DNA of 64,000 bases from an uncultured Candidatus Entotheonella sp. (lineage in GTDB: Bacteria > Tectomicrobia > Entotheonellia > Entotheonellales > Entotheonellaceae), in NCBI GenBank assembly GCA_965215335.1, contig CBDCDA010000002.1:608001-672000 (forward strand), in the 5' to 3' direction. Every line of letters starts with the position of its first letter. The stretch's first letter is position 1. Below the pieces are notes generated by a model. The model saw nothing but the letters and a program-made list of their open reading frames with translations, did not search any database and was not told where the DNA came from. A program made the translations under genes and the position numbers. This document shows, piece by piece, positions 58,277 through 64,000 of the stretch.

Positions 58277-59890
58277 ATGCGCAACGCACACGTGCTTATC
58301 AAGAGTCTGGTCGTACTGACGCTGGCCGTTCTGCTGCCGGGCCTTGCGCTCGCCGCCGAGCCCAAACGCGGCGGTACGCTGCGGGTGGCTTATGGCAACA
58401 AAATCTCTCACCTCGATTTCCACACCGCGCCGGGCTACGAGATGATGTGGGTGGCCATGAATATCGGCTGCGGGCTGGTCAACATCACGCCCGACGGCCA
58501 GTTCGTGGGTGACGTGGCGACAGCCTGGGAGTTGTCGGACGACGCCCTGACGTGGACCTTCAAGCTGCGCGACGACGCCTTCTTCCACGACCACGCCAAG
58601 GTGGACGCCGAGGCCGTGAAGTTCAGCATCGACCGCATCATGGACCCGGAAACCAAATCCGGCATGCGGCGTTTCTACGAAGCGGTGCAAAGCGTCGAAG
58701 TGGTCGATCCGCTGACCGTCAAGGTGCACATGAAGCAGCCCTACGCCTTCTTCCTGCACATGCTTGCCGGCTATCGCACCGGCCTGGTGCTCTACTCACC
58801 CGCCGCCACCCAGGCGCACAGCCTGAAAGCCCGTAAGCGCGGCGACCCGCGCGCCGTCATCGGCTGCGGCCCGTTTCGCCTCGTCGAGTGGGTGCCGAAC
58901 ACTCACCTCGTCATGGACCGCTGGGAAAAATACTTCAAGCCCGGCCAGCCCTACCTGGACCGCGTGATCATTCGCGTCATCCGCGACCCCATCGCCCAGA
59001 TGGTCGCCCTCAGAGCGGGCGAAATCGATTTCATCGCCTCCTTCAGCCCGGAGCACGTGCAGACGATTCAGGCGCAAGTTCCCGAGGCGCAGGTGCTGAC
59101 CGGCCCGGAAACCACCCCCATGGTGCTACGCGCCAAAGTCACGGTACCGTGCGACGGCAAGCCCGATGCCTTGATGACCAACCCACGCTGCCCGCATCCG
59201 ATCTTTGGCGACATCCGTACCCGCAAGGCGCTGCTGTGCTACGGCATCAGCCGTGAGGAGATCGTCAAGGTGGCGCTGCGCGGCCTGGCGACGCCTTGGG
59301 TCGGCATGATTCCGCCCGGCACCATGGACACGGTGGACGTCAATCACATGTGCCCCTACGACCCCGGCAAGGCCAGGAGCCTGCTGGAGGAAGTCGGCTA
59401 CGGGCCCGACAACCCGCTGGTCACCGAGTTGATGACCGACACGGAGAAGGCGGTGTTCAATGCCATCGCCACGGTAGTCAAGGATCAATTGGCGCGCCTC
59501 GGGGTGACCGTGAACATCAAGCTGGTAGACAAGGTGACCTGGATGAACACCGGCCTGAAAGACGGGCCGTGGGACATGGACGTTGAGGACCTGTTGTCGC
59601 TGCTGACGCTGGACAGCAACGCCTACCTGACGGTGACGCAGTCCACCTGGAACGCGACGCGCCAGACGGACGTCAGGGTGGACGAATACTTCGCACGGTA
59701 CGCGGCGGAGCTGGACGCCGACAAACGCCGCGCCATCGCCAAGGAATTCCAGGAGTTCATGGCCGACATGTTGTACTGGAACGTGGTGTCCGGCTCGCCG
59801 TTCTTCCAGATCGCGCAGCCGTGGATGAAGGGTTACACTTTCAACTCGGAGTTCGAGGTACACTACGAGACCGTGTGGCTGGACAAGTAG
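58277..59890 (+). CDS. Family 5 (peptide/nickel) ABC substrate-binding protein
   Basis: Signal peptide, PKRGGTLRVA, WTFKLR, GCGPFRLVEW. Confidence 0.92.
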   Translation: MRNAHVLIKSLVVLTLAVLLPGLALAAEPKRGGTLRVAYGNKISHLDFHTAPGYEMMWVAMNIGCGLVNITPDGQFVGDVATAWELSDDALTWTFKLRDDAFFHDHAKVDAEAVKFSIDRIMDPETKSGMRRFYEAVQSVEVVDPLTVKVHMKQPYAFFLHMLAGYRTGLVLYSPAATQAHSLKARKRGDPRAVIGCGPFRLVEWVPNTHLVMDRWEKYFKPGQPYLDRVIIRVIRDPIAQMVALRAGEIDFIASFSPEHVQTIQAQVPEAQVLTGPETTPMVLRAKVTVPCDGKPDALMTNPRCPHPIFGDIRTRKALLCYGISREEIVKVALRGLATPWVGMIPPGTMDTVDVNHMCPYDPGKARSLLEEVGYGPDNPLVTELMTDTEKAVFNAIATVVKDQLARLGVTVNIKLVDKVTWMNTGLKDGPWDMDVEDLLSLLTLDSNAYLTVTQSTWNATRQTDVRVDEYFARYAAELDADKRRAIAKEFQEFMADMLYWNVVSGSPFFQIAQPWMKGYTFNSEFEVHYETVWLDK

Positions 59891-59963
59891 CCGCGCCGCG
59901 CCACAGCGAGTCGAACGTATTAAATACCAGCAGCGCGAGCTCAGCGAGCGATGAGGAGTTGCC

Positions 59964-60941
59964 ATGCGGGAATATGTCATCAAACGCCTGTTGCAGGTCA
60001 TTCCGACCATCCTGATGATCACCCTGGTGGTGTTCGCCATGATGCAGGCCATTCCCGGCGACCCGCTGATGGCCCTGCTGGGCGACGCCTATGACGAGGA
60101 AGACGCCGAGCTGCTGCGTCAGGAATACGGCCTGGACAAGCCGGTCATTTCGCAATACCTCATCTGGTTGGTGAAACTGGTGCAGGGCGATTGGGGCGAA
60201 TCGTTCATCAGCGGCCGCCCGGTGCTGAAGGATGTGCTGATCCGGTTGCCGGTTACCGCCGAGCTGATCATTCTGGCCATGCTGGTGGCGCTGGTCATCG
60301 CGATTCCGGCCGGCACCATCGCGGCGCTGCGTCAGAACACCTGGGGCGACTACACTGCCATGTCCACCGCCTTGGTGGGCATTTCGATTCCCGATTTCTT
60401 TCTCGGCATTCTGTTGCTGCTGGTCTTCTCGGTAGCATTCAACGGGCTGCTGCCGAGTTCCGGCTGGGTGTACCTGCCGGGCACGTGTCCCAGCCTCATC
60501 TGCGAGGCCGGCGTGTGGGGCAATCTGAAGCACGTCATGATGCCGGCCATCGCCCTCGGGGTCGGGCGGGCGGCCATCCTGACGCGGCTACTGCGCGCCA
60601 GCTTGCTGGAAATCATCCGCATGGAATACGTCACCACGGCGCGTGCCAAGGGACTGGCGGAGAAGCTGGTGATTCTCAAGCACGCCCTGAAGAACGCCCT
60701 CATCCCCACGGTCACCATCATGGGTTTGCAGGTCGGCTTCATGATCGGCGGGGCGATCGTCGTCGAGACCCTGTTTGCCATTCCCGGCTTGGGCACGTAC
60801 GGCATCAACGCCATCATTCTGCGTGATTACCAGCAGGTGCAGGGCTTCATCCTGCTGGTGGCGGTGTGCTTTGTGGTGGTCAACGTATTGGTCGATCTGA
60901 CCTATTCGCTTCTGGACCCGCGCATCCGGTACAACACCTAG
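59964..60941 (+). CDS. Peptide ABC permease (DppB/OppB-like)
   Basis: YGLDKP, EYVTTARAKGL, VVETLFAIPGLG, LDPRIR. Confidence 0.93.
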   Translation: MREYVIKRLLQVIPTILMITLVVFAMMQAIPGDPLMALLGDAYDEEDAELLRQEYGLDKPVISQYLIWLVKLVQGDWGESFISGRPVLKDVLIRLPVTAELIILAMLVALVIAIPAGTIAALRQNTWGDYTAMSTALVGISIPDFFLGILLLLVFSVAFNGLLPSSGWVYLPGTCPSLICEAGVWGNLKHVMMPAIALGVGRAAILTRLLRASLLEIIRMEYVTTARAKGLAEKLVILKHALKNALIPTVTIMGLQVGFMIGGAIVVETLFAIPGLGTYGINAIILRDYQQVQGFILLVAVCFVVVNVLVDLTYSLLDPRIRYNT

Positions 60942-61054
60942 GCTCAGGAGGACTTCTAGGCGGACCTTGTTCTGCCGCCCCTGGCGGGAGAAGGGGGCAT
61001 GCGGATGATACAATCGGCTAGTTACATGTATACAGCCAACAAGGAGGGGCCACG

Positions 61055-62002
61055 ATGAAGAGCCAAGTGCTGAATGGCGTGACCAACGGTAGCGCTGCCA
61101 CCGCGGTGGTCGAACCCGTAGCGCCGATCAGGCAGGCGGGCGTGCCGTCGGAATCGCTGCTGGCCCAGACTGCGCGGCGGTTGAAGCGCAGCTACACGGC
61201 GCTTTTCGGCTTGGGCATCGTGGTGCTGCTGGTTCTGGTGGCGATTTTCGCCGACCTCCTGGCGCCCTACGATCCGGTGGTCAACTCCATGAACGAGATG
61301 TTCCAGGCCCCGAGCCGCACCCATTGGCTGGGCACCGACCAGTTCGGGCGCGACATGCTGAGCCGTATCATCCACGGCAGCCGCGTGTCACTGGCCGTTG
61401 GGCTGTCTTCCGTGCTGCTGGCCATCTTCGTCGGCGTGCCGCTCGGTATTGTCGGCGGCTTCTACGGCGGCAAGGCCGATACCCTCATCATGCGCGCCAT
61501 GGACCTCATTCTCGCCTTCCCGGTCTTCCTACTGGCCATCATCATCATGATCATGTTCACGCCCACGGCAGGACTGCTCGGCGCCATGAAAGTGATTATG
61601 GCGATTGGCATCGTGCGCATTCCCATCTACGCTCGGCTGGTGCGCGGCAGCGTGCTGTCCATCAAGGAAAAGGAATACGTCGAGGCCTGCCATGCCCTCG
61701 GCCAGCACGATCCCAAGATTCTGCTGCGGCACATCCTGCCCAATTGCATGGCACCCATCATCGTTACGGGCACCCTGAGCATTGCCACGGCTATCATAGT
61801 GGAAGCCTCCCTCAGCTTCCTGGGCTTGGGCACCCAGCCGCCAACCCCGAGCTGGGGCTGGGACCTGAAAGCCAACGTCGCCTGGATTCAGCAGACGCCA
61901 TGGCTGGCCCTCGGCCCGGGCTGCGCCATTTTCATCACCGTGCTCGGCTTCAACCTGTTCGGCGACGGCTTGCGCGACGCGCTAGACCCGCGGCTCAAGT
62001 AG
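61055..62002 (+). CDS. Peptide ABC permease (DppC/OppC-like)
   Basis: HWLGTDQFGRD, EYVEAC, EASLSFLGLG, GDGLRDALDPR. Confidence 0.93.
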   Translation: MKSQVLNGVTNGSAATAVVEPVAPIRQAGVPSESLLAQTARRLKRSYTALFGLGIVVLLVLVAIFADLLAPYDPVVNSMNEMFQAPSRTHWLGTDQFGRDMLSRIIHGSRVSLAVGLSSVLLAIFVGVPLGIVGGFYGGKADTLIMRAMDLILAFPVFLLAIIIMIMFTPTAGLLGAMKVIMAIGIVRIPIYARLVRGSVLSIKEKEYVEACHALGQHDPKILLRHILPNCMAPIIVTGTLSIATAIIVEASLSFLGLGTQPPTPSWGWDLKANVAWIQQTPWLALGPGCAIFITVLGFNLFGDGLRDALDPRLK

Positions 62003-62125
62003 GTCGGTTCACGACCACGGGGCCAATGCCCCGTTATTTTCTCACACCCGTCGTTCCCGGTCGCCAACGGCACCCCCGCGGCTTGATCGTCAAGCACCAG
62101 GATGATGCTGTAAATCCCGGCGTTC

Positions 62126-64000
62126 TCAAGTCTCTCGTCTTCTTTGCACCAGCTTGTCGAGGTCCCACGTCACCGGTACGCGCAGGCGGCCTTGGCCTTT
62201 GCGGTCGAACAGGAGGTGGCCGTGGGTGAGACCATAGCGGAAGAGGTCACGGGTGATCTCGACTTCGTGCTTGCAGTAGGCTTCGATGAGGTCGAGGCGG
62301 CCCTCCTTGTACCATCGCAAGGCTTGCAGGCCGTCGGCGGCCTTGGGGGTGTCGAGGGTGGCGGTGCCAAGGGCGTCGAGGCTGAGTCGGTAGCCGAGCT
62401 GGGCGTGGACGTCGCGCAGGATGTCGAGCGTGTTGAGCGTGCCGAAGTTGAAGGTGGTGTAGCCGCGCAGCACGCTGTAGTCGAAACCGATGACGTTGAA
62501 GCCAATCACCATGTCGGCGCGTTGCAGGTGTTCCAGAAGGGCTTCGACGTCGTCCTCGAAGTAGGTGGTATGGGCCTGCTGGCGGCTGTCCCAGACGGTG
62601 CCGAGGGACATCCCCATGAGGTAGGCGCGGTTCCAGCCGCCGACGTCGGCGGCACTGCGCTGGGTTTCGAGATCGAACACCACGAGGTGCGGGCCTTGTG
62701 GCGGTGGCTCCTCCGGGGCAGTTTCGACGGTTTCCCAAGCTGGGAAAATGGGTGCCTCGCCGGCGTCTGCGGGGGTCGGCTGGCTGCTGAGGTCAAGGCG
62801 CTCACGGCCGGTCAGCCGTTGCAGCAGGTGGATGCAGCCCGCCTTGTCCAGCGGCACGTTGCCGGCACCGCAGGCGGGAAAGTGGATGCACGACGGACAG
62901 CCGCGTTCGCAATCGCAGGTTTCGACCAAGTTCAGGGTCATGTTCAGCAGCCGGTCGAGCATCTGAAAGCCTTTCTCGGCCAAGCCGATGTCGCCGGGGT
63001 AGTAGTCGTAGATGAAGATGGCGCCCCTGCCCAACTGCGGGTGCAGCGGGTAGCAGATGCCGCCGACGTCGGTGCGGTTGCTCAACGCCAGGAGCGGATA
63101 CAGGGATTTCATGGCGTGTTCGATGGCGTGGATCGAGCCCGTGTAGTGGAAGGCGTGCCGTTTCAGTTCCTGTTGATATTGCGGCTCCAGTTCCAACCAG
63201 AAGCCGATGGTCTCCAGAATCTCGACCGGCGATTCCAACGGGTGCTGGCTGATCATGGCGCCGTCGCGCACGCGAATCTTCTCGTAGCCCCCCACCACCT
63301 GGGAGCGCACCTTGAGGCGCCCCAATTTGGACAGAAAGCCCTGCATCGGACGCGAGCGCAGGGTGTCCAGGATTTCCGTTTCCTTCTCCGTTTGGGTGCG
63401 GGTGTAATACGGCACCTCGACCGCTTCGGCGTGAATGTGGCCCTTGGCCGGGTCACGCCCGGTGATGAGGTATTGGCGGCCGCGATGCTGATAGATGGCG
63501 CCGTCGTGACACTCGCCATACACCTGCCTGCCACTCACCGTGCCGATGGGCGCTCCGGTGCTGCGGTCACAGAGGGTCCACGAAACGCCAGTGCTGCGCA
63601 GGTCGACCCGGCGATGCGGCTGCTTGCGGGCGGCGTGCCAGGCGTCGCCGTCGGCGCTTTGCAGGAGCACGCCGTCGCGCACCAGTTCGTTCACCGCCGC
63701 CTGCCAGCCGGGTGATTGCGTACCCGGGTTCGTCGCGCGTCAGCGGCGTCTCGCGGGCGGCGCACGCCAGATGGTCTTTGAGGATGTAGGCGTTGGCCGG
63801 GTCCACGACGGCATCCTCGACGTTGCGCCCGAGGAAGTGTTCGGGATATTTGATGAGGAACTGATCAAGGGCGTCCCGGCTGGCGATGAGGATGATCAGC
63901 GCCTCGCGTCCACCACGCCCCACCCGCCCAGCGCGCTGCCAGATATTGACGATGGAGCCGGGGTAGCCGACCAGCACGCACACGTCCAGGCTGCCGATGT
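62126..64000 (-). CDS. DEAD/DEAH helicase with DUF1998 Zn domain fused to a YprB-like RNase H-fold exonuclease; 5' end outside the window; one frameshift near 63700-63720
   Basis: GYPGS..WQRAGRVGR, HLACAARE, IHAIEHA, CDCERGCPSC; then VFDLETQ, IGFNVIGFD, SLDAL, YCKHEV. Confidence 0.85.

Noticed and set aside
60938..60950. TAGGCTCAGGA resembling the IS427-group terminal repeat
   Set aside because: Only ~9-11 bp, with no transposase or partner IR nearby
1..64000. tRNA/rRNA genes or an integrase defining the island
   Set aside because: None recognised by eye; a tRNAscan/Infernal run would be needed to exclude small RNAs

Overview
GC-rich bacterial window with two halves. About 1.7-31.7 kb is an IS-riddled anti-phage defence island. 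It holds a bacterial ubiquitination (BilABCD-like) operon: Ubl ending GGGV, E2, JAB and an E1 cut by IS debris. That operon is divergent from an XRE-HTH + IrrE/ImmA metallopeptidase pair (CapH/CapP-like), with a perfect palindrome between them. Next is a BREX-related 'restriction-like' system (SNF2 helicase-nuclease, DUF1156 methyltransferase, DUF499 ATPase) carrying two inserted cassettes: a membrane protein + TIR pair and a HicAB-type TA. Then come an HTH-IrrE fusion + PIN pair divergent from a CBASS (CD-NTase, a small E2-like gene that appears only after removing an IS5-family insertion, patatin effector), a type I R-M with a half-size HsdS, and a second HicAB. Almost every module carries a lesion, though several single-base frameshifts may be sequencing errors. 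About 31.7-64 kb is mostly housekeeping/metabolic: PQQ dehydrogenase, MFS, cbpAM, Mla+TolC, secDF-yajC, two-component genes, a peptide ABC transporter and a DUF1998 helicase-exonuclease fusion. It is interrupted at about 46.8-49.2 kb by IS remnants and an orphan 3-repeat type I-E-like CRISPR array. All family assignments come from motif recognition by eye; no database searches were run.
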